From Kiritimatiellia bacterium (lineage in GTDB: Bacteria > Verrucomicrobiota > Kiritimatiellia > JAAZAB01), in the NCBI GenBank assembly GCA_041653875.1, contig JBAZEM010000017.1, forward strand, positions 10 through 64,009: a DNA stretch of 64,000 nucleotides, given 5' to 3'. The position numbers and the translations under genes are program-made. The number at the start of each line of letters is the position of its first letter. Position 1 is the stretch's first letter. This document shows positions 29,615-39,510 of this stretch, in pieces. The notes under the pieces are model-generated. The model saw nothing but the letters and a program-made list of their open reading frames with translations. It was not told the origin of the DNA and made no database searches.

Positions 29615-30205
29615 ATGACATTTGGAAACATGTTTACGATCATGGAAGTGTTCGCGATCGTGCTCGTGCTGTGGGAATTCTTGTGGGGCCTGAAACGGGG
29701 GCTTTCGGGCGAGCTTGCGCGGCTGATCGGCACGCTGACCGGGCTCGTCGCCGGCCTGCGCTTTTACCAGACCGTGGGCCGCCTGCTGTCCGACAATACC
29801 CGGCTTTCGGAGGACCCGGAACTGGCCCTGGCCGTGGCGTTCCTTCTGATCGTGGCTTGTGTGGCGCTCCTATTCCTCATTTTGCGCTTGATCCTGCGCC
29901 TGCTGATGGCGGTCAAGTTCAACGACAGGATCGACCGTTCGGGAGGCGGGGTTGCCGGTCTCTTGCGGGGAGCGCTGATGGCGTTCCTGTGCGTGTATGC
30001 GGTCGGTTTGTGGCCCCACGAAGATCTGCGGAACTTGGTGCGCAAGCAGTCCATCGTCGGGCGGACGGTCTTCCAGTATGCGCCGCCGGCGATCGAAAAA
30101 CTGAATGCCGTCCGCTGGCTCGATGTCGGCGTGAAGCCGCCACCGCTGACTCCGGACGCCATGCAACCTAAGGAGCTTTTGGCCCCGCTGGCCGAAGACA
30201 AATAG
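29615..30205 (+). CDS. cvpA: CvpA-family membrane protein
   Basis: N-terminal TM helix followed by GLKRGLSGELARLIG (CvpA-like RGF/REA block) and 3-4 TM helices. Confidence 0.6.
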   Translation: MTFGNMFTIMEVFAIVLVLWEFLWGLKRGLSGELARLIGTLTGLVAGLRFYQTVGRLLSDNTRLSEDPELALAVAFLLIVACVALLFLILRLILRLLMAVKFNDRIDRSGGGVAGLLRGALMAFLCVYAVGLWPHEDLRNLVRKQSIVGRTVFQYAPPAIEKLNAVRWLDVGVKPPPLTPDAMQPKELLAPLAEDK

Positions 30206-30342
30206 GAGCCAACGTTACGTGTATTCAGGATTTCCGCTTTCGCGGGAATGACAGAATGGGTGGGCGTTGTTTGTCATTCCCGACCTGATCGGGAATCCAT
30301 AATTTTTGTCGCCGCCTTTGGCGGCCTGATTCAAAAGAAGCC

Positions 30343-32214
30343 ATGCTCAAGGTCCCTCATGCCGTGTTGGAGGAGATCCGTCTCGCTAACGATATTGCGA
30401 CAGTGATTGGCGCCTATTTCACGCTCCAGCGCAGCGGCGCAACCTTCAAGGCCCTTTGCCCGTTCCACAAGGAAAAGACGCCGTCCTTCCTGGTCAATCC
30501 CCAGCGCCAGACCTATCACTGTTTCGGCTGCGGCGCGGGCGGGGACGTGTTCCGGTTCGTCATGGATTACGAAAAAGTGGATTTCATGACGGCCGTGAAA
30601 ATGCTGGCCCAGCGCGCCGGTATCCGGCTGAAGCTGGAATCGGACGGCGATGACGGCCAGGGCGGCAAGCAGGCGCTTTACGAAATCAATGCGCTCGCCG
30701 CCAAACTCTACCAGCAATTCCTGCTCAAACGCCCGGAAGGCGCGGCCGCGCGCAAGTACCTGGCATCGCGCGACCTGCCGGAGGCGACCATCGAGGAGTT
30801 TGCGATCGGCTTCGCGCCGGAGCGCTGGGACACCATCCTGCGCTGGGCCGAAAAAACACACACGCACGAACAACTGGAAGCCGCCGGATTGATCATCCCG
30901 GCCAAGCCGCGCCCCGGCGATTCGACATCGGCCGAAGGCCCCGCGCGCTGGTACGATCGCTTCCGCAACCGGCTCATGTTTCCCATCCAGGACGAGCAGG
31001 GGCGCATTGTGGGGTTCAGCGGGCGCGTGTTGACCGCCGAGGCCGAAGCGGCCAAATACGTCAACACGCCGGAGACCGCGCTGTTCCGTAAAGGCCATAT
31101 CCTCTATGCGCTTCACAAGGCGCGCCGCGCCATCGTGGAGTCGCGCGAGGCCATCGTCTGCGAGGGGCAGATTGACGTCATTCGCTGTCATCTGGCCGGA
31201 TTTCAGACGGCGGTGGCGGCCCAGGGCACGGCGTTCACCGCCGACCATGCCCGCATCCTGAAGCGCTATGCCGACAGCATTGCGCTCGTCTTCGATGCCG
31301 ACCGGGCCGGACAGGATGCCGCCCTGCGCGCGGCGGACACGTTCCTCCAGGTGGGGCTGGTCGTGCGCATCGCGGCGCTTCCGGCGGGCGAGGACCCCGA
31401 TTCGCTGATCCGCCGCAAGGATGGCGCGGCCGAATTCCGCAGCCTGCTCCAGGGCGCCAAATCAGCGCTCGATTTTCAAATCGATGTCCTCACCGGCCGC
31501 GAAAAGCCGGATACGGAAGCCGGCCTGATGCGGCTGGCCGCGGCCGTGGTGGCGACGATTGCCCGCACACCCAATGCCGTCCAGCAGGCGCGGCTCGTCC
31601 GGCAGGCCGCCGCGCGCATGGCCGTGCCGGAGACGGCGCTCCAGCAGGAATTGGACAAGGTCCTGAAGCGCAGTCGGCCGGTGGTCGTGGTCCCCGCGCC
31701 GCCAAAAGCCGAACCGGCCGTGCCGCAGTCGATCAAGGAATTGGCGCTGGCCGAACACCTCGCGGCGAATCTGGAGTTGGCGGGTCTGGTCAGAAAGTAT
31801 TTGCCGCTGGAACTGGTGACGGATTTGCCGTGCCGGCAGGTGATCCGGGCCTGTCTGCAGGCGGAGCAGGGCAAGCGGGATGTCATGAGTATCATCGCGG
31901 AGCAGGATAACGAGGAACGGGATCTATCCCGGTTTGTGGCCCAGGCGCTGGCGGCGCCGGCCAAGATCAAGAGCGATTTTGCGACCCGCGAGGAGTCGGT
32001 CAAATCGCTCATTTTGGGTATCCGCACGGCGGCGCTCCAGCGGCGCCGCAAAGAGATCGCCAAGCAATGCCAGGCCCTGCGCGCCGGGGCGGGCTCAAAG
32101 TTGTCGGCGCCTGCGGAGATGAAAAAGCTGGATTTGGAATATACGCAACTGGGATATGATGTCGCCAAACTCAAGCAGTGGGACACCGCCGTGCCGGTCA
32201 TGGAAGGGATGTGA
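30343..32214 (+). CDS. dnaG: DNA primase
   Basis: CPFHKEKTPSF...YHCFGCGAGGD zinc-binding domain, TOPRIM region (EGQIDVI), C-terminal helical domain. Confidence 0.92.
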   Translation: MLKVPHAVLEEIRLANDIATVIGAYFTLQRSGATFKALCPFHKEKTPSFLVNPQRQTYHCFGCGAGGDVFRFVMDYEKVDFMTAVKMLAQRAGIRLKLESDGDDGQGGKQALYEINALAAKLYQQFLLKRPEGAAARKYLASRDLPEATIEEFAIGFAPERWDTILRWAEKTHTHEQLEAAGLIIPAKPRPGDSTSAEGPARWYDRFRNRLMFPIQDEQGRIVGFSGRVLTAEAEAAKYVNTPETALFRKGHILYALHKARRAIVESREAIVCEGQIDVIRCHLAGFQTAVAAQGTAFTADHARILKRYADSIALVFDADRAGQDAALRAADTFLQVGLVVRIAALPAGEDPDSLIRRKDGAAEFRSLLQGAKSALDFQIDVLTGREKPDTEAGLMRLAAAVVATIARTPNAVQQARLVRQAAARMAVPETALQQELDKVLKRSRPVVVVPAPPKAEPAVPQSIKELALAEHLAANLELAGLVRKYLPLELVTDLPCRQVIRACLQAEQGKRDVMSIIAEQDNEERDLSRFVAQALAAPAKIKSDFATREESVKSLILGIRTAALQRRRKEIAKQCQALRAGAGSKLSAPAEMKKLDLEYTQLGYDVAKLKQWDTAVPVMEGM

Positions 32215-32234
32215 GGGCTTGGCATGCCGGCGCG

Positions 32235-32340
32235 GAATGGGGCGCCAATTTCGAAACATAGCGGTTCTGACGAACCGCAGTCACACCAGTTCGGTGTAGG
32301 GGCCGTTCGATAGAACGGCATAGTTGCCGAAGACCTTATT
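32235..32340. repeat. Family H element downstream of dnaG
   Basis: gcggttctgacgaaccgc ... gccgttcgatagaacggc, paralogous to 3850-3900. Confidence 0.6.
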
Positions 32341-32449
32341 TAGCTTGAAGAAAATCGCCGGATGGGATAACGTCAGAGCGAATAAATAGGGGAAGCAAGC
32401 TTGATCCGGAGTTAAGACACACCGCAATTTTTAAGTTGTTAAAAAGGAT

Positions 32450-33127
32450 GTGACCATGAGTTTTTTAAGCAAGTTATTCGGTAAGCGCAACACTTTGACC
32501 CGGCCGGCGGAGGATCGGGTTTACGTGGTGGACGCCACCGGCATGGTGGATCCGCGCCAGCGTAACGGCGGCGGCCAGGCCAGTCCCCGCGACCATTTTG
32601 CGATCCTGCGGATGCTGTCCCAGTTTGCCGAACGGGAAGGTGTCGCAATCCAGGCGGTTTTTACCGGGCGCCCTTTGCGCGAGGCCGGCGAGGGCCAGGA
32701 ATTCAAGGGGGTGCGCGTGTTCTACGCCGAGACCACCGCGAGCGCCCAGGCCCGGATGAAAGAACTGATCCGCAAACTGGCCGGCCGCAAAGACGTGGTT
32801 TTGTTGACGGCGGATGCCGCGCTGGAGCGGGAGGCTGTGGAACTGGGCGCGGTCTGTATGCGGCTTTCGACTTTGCGGAAAAGTTTTGACGAACGGGATG
32901 ACCGCGAGCGGGGCGACCAGGGAAATCGCGGCGAACATGGCGATCGGGATCGCGGGAATCGCGAGCGCGGTAACCGTGACCGTGGAAATCGCGATCGTGG
33001 CGATCGGGATCGCCAGCAAAGGCCCAATAACAATCGCAACCCTGCCCCCGAAACGCCGGAAGAGCCCGCCGAGGAGGCTGGGCCGCGCGAGAATCCGTCG
33101 GTGAACGATCTGATCGATCCGGTCTAA
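32450..33127 (+). CDS. NYN-domain (YacP/Rae1-like) protein with Arg/Asp-repeat C-terminal tail
   Basis: RVYVVDATGMV ... VVLLTADAALEREA layout resembles the YacP-like NYN fold; tail DRDRGNRERGNRDRGNRDRGDRDR. Confidence 0.5.
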   Translation: MTMSFLSKLFGKRNTLTRPAEDRVYVVDATGMVDPRQRNGGGQASPRDHFAILRMLSQFAEREGVAIQAVFTGRPLREAGEGQEFKGVRVFYAETTASAQARMKELIRKLAGRKDVVLLTADAALEREAVELGAVCMRLSTLRKSFDERDDRERGDQGNRGEHGDRDRGNRERGNRDRGNRDRGDRDRQQRPNNNRNPAPETPEEPAEEAGPRENPSVNDLIDPV

Positions 33128-33140
33128 CGCCTGCAACCAA

Positions 33141-33278
33141 AATTCGAAATTCGAATATCTAAATCCGAAACAAATCCGAATAATCAAAAAAGCAAATTCA
33201 AAACAAGATCGTTTGGGTCATTTAACATTCAGGTTTTGATTTTGATATTGTTTCGGATTTCGTGCTTCGGATTTCTGG
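33141..33278. repeat. Hairpin cassette: inverted TCGGATTT tandem-word arms between convergent NYN gene and rlmB
   Basis: Arm1 aattcgaaattcgaatatctaaatccgaaacaaatccgaataatc; arm2 gatattgtttcggatttcgtgcttcggatttctgg; ~58-nt AT-rich loop. Arm2 encodes the rlmB C-terminal tail. Confidence 0.7.
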
Positions 33279-34016
33279 TTCTTCATTGGGTATCTGCGGC
33301 TGTGTCTGCAACATGAAGAGCGCGATGCCCGCCGCCACCGAGGCGTTGAGCGACGTGACATGGCCCTGCTGGGGAATGCTCACGAGATGATGGGCCTGAT
33401 TAAGAATGTGTTGGCCGACCGCCCGATGCTCGCCGCCGATTACCAGCAGCATCTTTTTCGGATTCCGTTCGTTCAGACGCCGCAAGTCTTCCTTGCCGCG
33501 CGCGTCCAGGGCCGCCAGTGTAAATCCCAGCGGCAACAGGATTTTGACGTATTCGTTGGCCGTGTGGTCCCGGGCAATCCGCAGATATTCGGTGGCGCCG
33601 GAGGAAGCCTTGACGACGGAAGGATAGATTTCCGGAACCCCCCGATTGGCCAATAGAACATCGTGCCAGCCGAAAATTTCGGCGCTGCGCAAAATGGCGC
33701 CGACGTTCTGCGGGTCTTCCACGTTGTCGATCAACAACAGGCGGTCGGCTTCCTGCAAGCCCTCCAGGGAGGCGTAGGGATAGGATTCCGTTTCCAGCAC
33801 GATCCCCTGGTGCTCTGTCGTTCCGCATAGATCGAAGAGCCGGCGCTTGTCGGCGGCGGTGATGGGCGTCTTGGCCTCGTTCAATAGTTCGGTCAGTTTG
33901 CGGCGTCGGGAGCCGGTGGCGCCGCTTGGGCCGAAATAAGCCGCGCGGATCGCGCGGCGCCGGGCGCGCACGACCTCGAAGGCCGGGTTGATGCCGTATA
34001 TATATTCGGTGGTCAT
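33222..34016 (-). CDS. rlmB: 23S rRNA (guanosine-2'-O)-methyltransferase, SpoU/TrmH family
   Basis: SpoU substrate-binding N-domain plus SPOUT motifs (LLIDNVEDPQNVGAILRSAE, LVIGGEHRAV, SLNASVAAGI). Confidence 0.85.
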   Translation of the reverse strand: MTTEYIYGINPAFEVVRARRRAIRAAYFGPSGATGSRRRKLTELLNEAKTPITAADKRRLFDLCGTTEHQGIVLETESYPYASLEGLQEADRLLLIDNVEDPQNVGAILRSAEIFGWHDVLLANRGVPEIYPSVVKASSGATEYLRIARDHTANEYVKILLPLGFTLAALDARGKEDLRRLNERNPKKMLLVIGGEHRAVGQHILNQAHHLVSIPQQGHVTSLNASVAAGIALFMLQTQPQIPNEEPEIRSTKSETISKSKPEC

Positions 34017-34024
34017 GGCGGTTT

Positions 34025-34150
34025 TAACGTATAGGAATTAAATCTTCTGTAGCCGCGCCACATAGGGGCGCGTTCTTCCGGAGCGTCGGCCTTCGTCCGC
34101 CGGCTACAGTTCCGCCAGAGGCGGATCCGCCTTCGGCGGAAAAAGTTATC
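34025..34150. repeat. Family H element between rlmB and the NTase gene
   Basis: ctgtagccg...cggctacagttccgccagaggcggatccgccttcggcggaaaaagtt, near-identical to 4095-4175. Confidence 0.65.
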
Positions 34151-34157
34151 ACAGGGC

Positions 34158-34697
34158 CTAATTTTTTTTTGGCGCTTGGACTTGCTGTTTGAGATCGTCG
34201 GTGAGCAAGTCCCAGAGCCGGGGATGGGCCTCCACCAGCCTGGCAATATCCGCCAGATCTTTGATCCGCTTGCTTTGCCTTCGTTCAGGCTCGGACCAGG
34301 CCTTCATCTTGCCTCTGAGGGTGTCTTCCAAAGAAGCCACGCGCAGGAGAATGCCATGCACATCGGCGGTCACGGCGCGGGCGGGGAAGTCCCGATAGAA
34401 ATCCTCCGTGCTGAGTTGAATGCTGACGGTCGAATGCCCCTTGAAGTTGATGAACCACTCGAATCGCTCGGAACTAAATCCCGCCTCCTCGAGCAATTCG
34501 ACGGTGCGCTCGATTGCATCTGACGCCACGACGATATCCACGTCCTGGGTCACCATGGGTTGCTCCGCCCAGTGATTCACCGCCACGCCGCCTATGACGC
34601 ACCACACGGCGTCCGCTCTTTCAAGGCAGTCAACAAGGCGCATGACATCGTTCGTTCCGCCGGAAGTCTGCCAATCGTAAAATTGCTTCGCAGTCAT
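34158..34697 (-). CDS. Nucleotidyltransferase-fold protein (MNT/AbiEii-like)
   Basis: GG-x14-DVD pattern (VIGGVAVNHWAEQPMVTQDVDIVV) fits the Pol-beta NTase signature; family unclear. Confidence 0.4.
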   Translation of the reverse strand: MTAKQFYDWQTSGGTNDVMRLVDCLERADAVWCVIGGVAVNHWAEQPMVTQDVDIVVASDAIERTVELLEEAGFSSERFEWFINFKGHSTVSIQLSTEDFYRDFPARAVTADVHGILLRVASLEDTLRGKMKAWSEPERRQSKRIKDLADIARLVEAHPRLWDLLTDDLKQQVQAPKKN

Positions 34698-34779
34698 GAG
34701 TGGACGCTACCAGAACGCCCCGGCGGTTGCCACTGTTATTTGAACGAACATGGGCGCGGACGGGTGGCGTTGTATGGGT

Positions 34780-35304
34780 TCAAGCCGACTTGAACACGAC
34801 GCCGTCTTGCATGGCGGCCATGACAATACGGGCGCAGGCTTCCGCGTCCGAGGCGGCATCGTGATGGTTTAGCGGGATCTTCAAGCGGCGGCAAACATCG
34901 GGCAGTTTGGTCGGGTAGATGCTCCACACGCGGCGGGCGAGTTCCACGGTGCATTCGAAGCGGATGCGCGGCGGCATGGCGCCGGCTTGCGCGCAACAGG
35001 CGGCAAGCACTTTTTGATCGAAGCGGGCATTATGCGCGGCGATGAACGTGGTGCGCTCGAAATGCCCCGCGAGCGCCGGCCATACCTCCTGAAACGTCGG
35101 CTGGCCCTCGACATCCTCCCAGCGGATGCCGTGGATATACGTGAATTCGAATTCTTGCCGGGGCGGGCGGATGAGGCGATAGGCGCGGTCAACGATCGCG
35201 CCGTCCTCCACGGTTACGACGGCCACCGCGCAGGCGCTGTCGCTGCCGCGATCGGCGGTCTCGAAATCGATGGCCGTAAACCGCGGAAGTCGTTTGCGTT
35301 TCAT
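34780..35304 (-). CDS. DEDDh 3'-5' exonuclease (DnaQ-like)
   Basis: FTAIDFETAD (Exo I), FIAAHNARFDQKVL (Exo II), HHDAASDAEACARI (Exo III). Confidence 0.7.
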   Translation of the reverse strand: MKRKRLPRFTAIDFETADRGSDSACAVAVVTVEDGAIVDRAYRLIRPPRQEFEFTYIHGIRWEDVEGQPTFQEVWPALAGHFERTTFIAAHNARFDQKVLAACCAQAGAMPPRIRFECTVELARRVWSIYPTKLPDVCRRLKIPLNHHDAASDAEACARIVMAAMQDGVVFKSA

Positions 35305-35318
35305 GCGTCAATCCTTCG

Positions 35319-36095
35319 TTATGCCCCGTGCACGGCGGCGGCCAGTTCGCGCACCAGCGCGGCCAGGCGGCCTTTGCGGGTCGCCTCCACCAGGGCGCTG
35401 CCGACCACGACGGCATCGGCATGCCGGGCCGCGGCGCGCGCTTGCTCGCCGTCGCTGATCCCGAACCCGGCGGCGATGGGCAAATCCGTGCAGGTTCGAA
35501 GCTGCTCTATATTTTTCCTGGCGTTGAACACCAATCGTTTGCGCGCGCCGGTTACGCCTTTTACCAGGATGTAATACACGAACCCATCAGCTTCCGCCAG
35601 CAGCCGCCGGGCGCGCTCCGGCGAGGTGGTCGGCGCAATGAGCTGAATAAACAACAGGCCGTGGCGTTTCATCGGCGCGCGCAGCTCGTCCGCTTCCTCG
35701 AACGGCAAATCCACCACCAGGAGGCCGTCGATGCCCGCGCGCTTCGCGTCCCGGCAGAGGGCGTCATACCCGTACCGGAACAACGGGTTGGCATAACTGA
35801 ACAGGATCATCGGGGCCTTGAAGGAGCGGCGCAGGCGCGCGGCCATGGCCAGAATCTGTTTCAGGTTCACGCCGGATGCCAGGGCGCGCCGGCCCGCGGC
35901 CTGGATGGCGGGGCCGTCGGCCGTCGGGTCGGAAAACGGCACGCCGATCTCCAGAATATCCAGTCCGCTGGCCAATGCCGCGCGAAAGTTCCGTTCCGAT
36001 GTTTTCAAGTCCGGATCGCCGGCCGTCAGGTAGCCGATCAGCGCCTTGCGGCCTTGCGCCCGCAGGGTTTGAAATGTGTCTGTGATTCGGTTCAT
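35319..36095 (-). CDS. trpA: Tryptophan synthase alpha chain
   Basis: ALIGYLTAGDPD ... LEIGVPFSDPTADGP ... signature, 258 aa. Confidence 0.92.
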   Translation of the reverse strand: MNRITDTFQTLRAQGRKALIGYLTAGDPDLKTSERNFRAALASGLDILEIGVPFSDPTADGPAIQAAGRRALASGVNLKQILAMAARLRRSFKAPMILFSYANPLFRYGYDALCRDAKRAGIDGLLVVDLPFEEADELRAPMKRHGLLFIQLIAPTTSPERARRLLAEADGFVYYILVKGVTGARKRLVFNARKNIEQLRTCTDLPIAAGFGISDGEQARAAARHADAVVVGSALVEATRKGRLAALVRELAAAVHGA

Positions 36096-36100
36096 AAGAA

Positions 36101-36549
36101 GAAATTCAGTGATTTAGCGATTCAGTGATTCATTGATTTAAATCGACACTGGTGTCCGGTTTAATTATTACCAAAGATGATTTGATGCCTATAAAATAAG
36201 GGCGTAATCACAACAATGTTTTTCGCCGATTTCAATTCAAAGACGGTAATTTGTGGCGGCAAAATCGTTGATGTATGAAAAAACCCTTAATAATTGATGG
36301 CACACCCTTGTTGCTGTTTACAGGATTCTACACTTTTTAAATCGCTTGGTATTCGGGAAAACGCTGATTTTATTGATCTTTTTAATGTGCATTGCAGAGT
36401 CTGTCCCACAGAATGAACGCAACCCTTTATTTATAGGCTTTTTTAACCGGACAGTAGTGTTAAATCGAATAAAGTTAGGTTGCATCAAATGTTTCAAAAA
36501 ATGTCTCATAAATCACTCAATCACTCAATCGCTGAATCACTGAATTTCT
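36101..36549. repeat. Hairpin cassette: inverted CACTGAAT tandem-word arms bracketing a 365-bp AT-rich insert between trpB and trpA
   Basis: Arm1 36101-36140 gaaattcagtgatttagcgattcagtgattcattgattta. Arm2 36510-36549 aaatcactcaatcactcaatcgctgaatcactgaatttc, ~35/40 complementary. Interior ~35% GC. Confidence 0.75.
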
Positions 36550-37739
36550 TTCAGTTTCTTCTTGTATGCCACGATGTTGTCCAGGTCCTTGTCGCCGCGG
36601 CCGGACAGGTTGATGATCATCGCGGCGCGGGCGCCCAGTTTGCGCGCCCGTTTTTTGGCTTCCGCCAGGGCGTGGCTCGATTCCAGCGCCGGCAGAATTC
36701 CTTCCAGGCGGGTGAGATCGTCGAAGGCCCGCAGGGCCTGCGTGTCGGTGACGGAGCAATATTCGACCCGCGCGCTGTCGGCCCAGTGCGCATGCTGCGG
36801 TCCGACGCCGGGATAATCCAGGCCGGCGCTGACCGAATGCGCGTTCCGCACCTGGCCATCGGCATCCTGGAGCAAATAACTTTTCGCGCCGTGCAGGATG
36901 CCGATGCGGCCGGCGCCGATGCTGGCGGCGTGTTTGCCGGTGCGGATGCCGAAGCCCGCGGCTTCGACGCCGACCAGCCGGACTTCCGAATCGTCCAGGA
37001 AGGCCGAAAAGATGCCGGCGGCGTTACTGCCGCCGCCCACGCAGGCGATGACCATGTCCGGCAGGCGCCCGGTTTTTTCGAGGATTTGCGCGCGGGCTTC
37101 CGTGCCGATCACGCTCTGGAAAGTCCGCACCATGCTGGGGTAGGGATGCGGGCCGGCCACGGAGCCGATCACGTAGAAGGTGTCGTCCACGCGCGCGACC
37201 CAGGCGCGCATGGCCTCGCTCATGGCGTCCTTGAGGGTGGCCGTGCCGCTGTGCACGGGATGAACCGTGGCGCCGAGGAACTGCATGCGCTGAACGTTGG
37301 GCGCCTGGCGCCGGATGTCCTCCGCGCCCATGAACACTTCGCATTCCATGCCGAAGAGGGCCGCCGCCGTGGCGGTGGCCACGCCGTGCTGGCCGGCGCC
37401 CGTTTCGGCCATGAGGCGCGTCTTGCCCATGCGGCGGGCCAGCAGGGCCTGGCCGATCGTGTTGTTGATCTTGTGGGCGCCGGTATGGTTCAAGTCCTCG
37501 CGTTTGAGGTAAAGGCGCGCGCCGCCATAGGCTTTCGTCAGGCGCTCTGCCAGATAAAGCGGCGAAGGCCGCCCCACGTAATCCCGCAGGATCGCGTGGA
37601 ACGACTTGTTAAAAGCCGGGTCCTTCAGCGCCGCTCGATAGGCCTGCTCCAGCTCGATGAGCGCCGGCATCAGCGTCTCGGCCACATAGCGTCCGCCATA
37701 AGGCCCGAAATGGCCTTGGGCATCCGGTTCGTGTTTCAT
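36537..37739 (-). CDS. trpB: Tryptophan synthase beta chain
   Basis: [13 protein letters not shown]-lysine region [22 protein letters not shown]. Start placed at the second ATG of MMKHEP (AGGAG SD 6 nt upstream). The ORF track extends to a TTG at 37874. Confidence 0.9.
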   Translation of the reverse strand: MKHEPDAQGHFGPYGGRYVAETLMPALIELEQAYRAALKDPAFNKSFHAILRDYVGRPSPLYLAERLTKAYGGARLYLKREDLNHTGAHKINNTIGQALLARRMGKTRLMAETGAGQHGVATATAAALFGMECEVFMGAEDIRRQAPNVQRMQFLGATVHPVHSGTATLKDAMSEAMRAWVARVDDTFYVIGSVAGPHPYPSMVRTFQSVIGTEARAQILEKTGRLPDMVIACVGGGSNAAGIFSAFLDDSEVRLVGVEAAGFGIRTGKHAASIGAGRIGILHGAKSYLLQDADGQVRNAHSVSAGLDYPGVGPQHAHWADSARVEYCSVTDTQALRAFDDLTRLEGILPALESSHALAEAKKRARKLGARAAMIINLSGRGDKDLDNIVAYKKKLKEIQ

Positions 37740-37870
37740 CATGAACTCCTGAAATAGCCGACGTTCAGCCTTTGGCTGACCCGCCTCCGGCGGGAAAGTC
37801 GGCTCTACATTATGCATCATATCGGTAGAGCCGGTTTTATACCGGCTATGATTTTGTTTTTGTCTTCCTG

Positions 37871-38509
37871 TCAAAATGATGTGTCTGCCCGATCTTCTTT
37901 CACGGCTTTGATGAAATCCGCCACTTTACGGCGGTCTTTTTTGCCCGGCGCTTTTTCCACGCCGCTGGCCGTATCCACGCCCAGCGGCGCGACGATGCGA
38001 ATCGCTTCGGCGACATTGCGCGGGGTCAGGCCGCCGGCCAGCATCAGCGGCGCCTGGCGGGCCAGTTTGGCCGCCAGGGTCCAGTCCGCTGTTTGGCCGG
38101 TCCCGCCGTAGCGGCCCCGGACGGTGGCGTCCAGCACATAACGTGTCGTCGGCCACTGGTCCGGCGCGGGATCCGGTTGACCGTGCCGCAGACGCGCGGC
38201 GCGCCAGACCGGAACGGGCATGTCGATCCAATCGGCCAGGCGCTCGTCACCGTGGAGTTGGACGGCATGCAGGCGGCAGTCGCGCGCCAGCGTTTCCACA
38301 ATTTCGCGGTGCGCGTTCACGAAGACCGCAACGGCGCGCGCGCCGGCCGGGAGCCGATCCAACAGGCGGCGCAAGGCGCCGAGCGCGATGTGCCGCGGCG
38401 ATCGCTCGTACAGCACGAATCCTATGTAATCCGCGCCCGCCTCCAGCGCCATGCGGGCGTCCGGCAGATTGGTCAATCCGCAGATTTTGATTTCGGTTGT
38501 TCGGCGCAT
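37871..38509 (-). CDS. trpF: N-(5'-phosphoribosyl)anthranilate isomerase
   Basis: IKICGLT ... ADYIGFV ... 212 aa PRAI fold. Confidence 0.85.
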   Translation of the reverse strand: MRRTTEIKICGLTNLPDARMALEAGADYIGFVLYERSPRHIALGALRRLLDRLPAGARAVAVFVNAHREIVETLARDCRLHAVQLHGDERLADWIDMPVPVWRAARLRHGQPDPAPDQWPTTRYVLDATVRGRYGGTGQTADWTLAAKLARQAPLMLAGGLTPRNVAEAIRIVAPLGVDTASGVEKAPGKKDRRKVADFIKAVKEDRADTSF

Positions 38510-38540
38510 AAGTTAGCACCTTTTCTGCCCGGAACTGCGA

Positions 38541-38680
38541 TAAAAAACAAGATAACCACGAAACACACGGAACACACGAAATGAATGCACATCAGATTCT
38601 GTTTCTCATTATCCAAAAACAATGCAAGACTTATTTGCTGAACTTTCGTGTCGTTCCGTGTGTTTCGTGGTTAAAAATCT
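38541..38680. repeat. Hairpin cassette: inverted ACGAAACAC-word arms between trpC and trpF
   Basis: Arm1 aagataaccacgaaacacacggaacacacgaaatg; arm2 aactttcgtgtcgttccgtgtgtttcgtggttaaaaatctt; 58-nt loop. Same word family at 52734-52831. Confidence 0.75.
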
Positions 38681-38703
38681 TTGGGTTGCGGGCATAGTCC
38701 GCC

Positions 38704-39504
38704 TTAACTGCCTAATAACGCGCGCAAGGTTGCGGCGGCGTTGTCCGACTTCATCAGCGTTTCGCCGATTAAAAATCCTTTATATCCCCGCGCCTGCAGG
38801 TCCTCGATGTCGCTTCGGCTCTTTATGCCGCTTTCGGCGATGGCCGGGCGGCCGGGCGGGATCAGAGCCGCCAGGTCCCGGGCGCCGGCCAGGTCGGTCT
38901 TCAGCGTGTTCAGGTCCCGGCTGTTGACGCCGATGATGGCCTGGTCGAACAAGAGGACGCGATCCAGCTCTTCCCGCGTATGCGCCTCCATTATTACATC
39001 CAAACCGATTGCCAGCGCAATAATATAAAGTTCCTTCAATAAATGGTCTTCCAGGCCCGCCGCAATCAGCAGGATGACATCCGCGCCCAAGGCCCGCGTC
39101 TCGAAGACCTGGTAAGGATCGGACACGAAGTCCTTGCGCAATATCGGCAAGTTCACCGCCTGGCGGACCTGTTTCAGGTCCTCGTCCCGTCCCAGAAAAT
39201 GGCGGGGCTCGGTCAGCACCGAAATGCCGGCCGCCCCCGCCTGTGCATAAATCCCGGCCGTCACCGCCGGATCGTATGCTTCGCGCAACAAGCCTGCCGA
39301 TGGGCTTGCCTTCTTGACCTCGGCGATGATGGCTGTTTGGCGGCCGCGCGCCTGGGCGTCAGCCAGCCGTGTCTTCAAACTCCTGATTTTGGGGAGCTTC
39401 GCGACGATCCGTTCCAGGCGCTCCAGCGGCAAATGCACGCTGGCCTGCCAGGCGTCGTTGCGCCGCTCGGCCATGATGGATTGGAGGAAGGTATTCATGT
39501 TCAT
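38704..39504 (-). CDS. trpC: Indole-3-glycerol phosphate synthase
   Basis: IIAEVKKASPSAG, ISVLTEPRHF, LRKDF signatures. Confidence 0.9.
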   Translation of the reverse strand: MNMNTFLQSIMAERRNDAWQASVHLPLERLERIVAKLPKIRSLKTRLADAQARGRQTAIIAEVKKASPSAGLLREAYDPAVTAGIYAQAGAAGISVLTEPRHFLGRDEDLKQVRQAVNLPILRKDFVSDPYQVFETRALGADVILLIAAGLEDHLLKELYIIALAIGLDVIMEAHTREELDRVLLFDQAIIGVNSRDLNTLKTDLAGARDLAALIPPGRPAIAESGIKSRSDIEDLQARGYKGFLIGETLMKSDNAAATLRALLGS

Positions 39505-39510
39505 AAATGA

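Noticed and set aside
36318-36543. Two ~64-aa ORFs inside the AT-rich trpB-trpA insert
   Set aside because: They are Lys/Asn/Phe-rich translations of AT-rich DNA on opposite strands overlapping each other. They have no four-helix-bundle or other motif and no SD.
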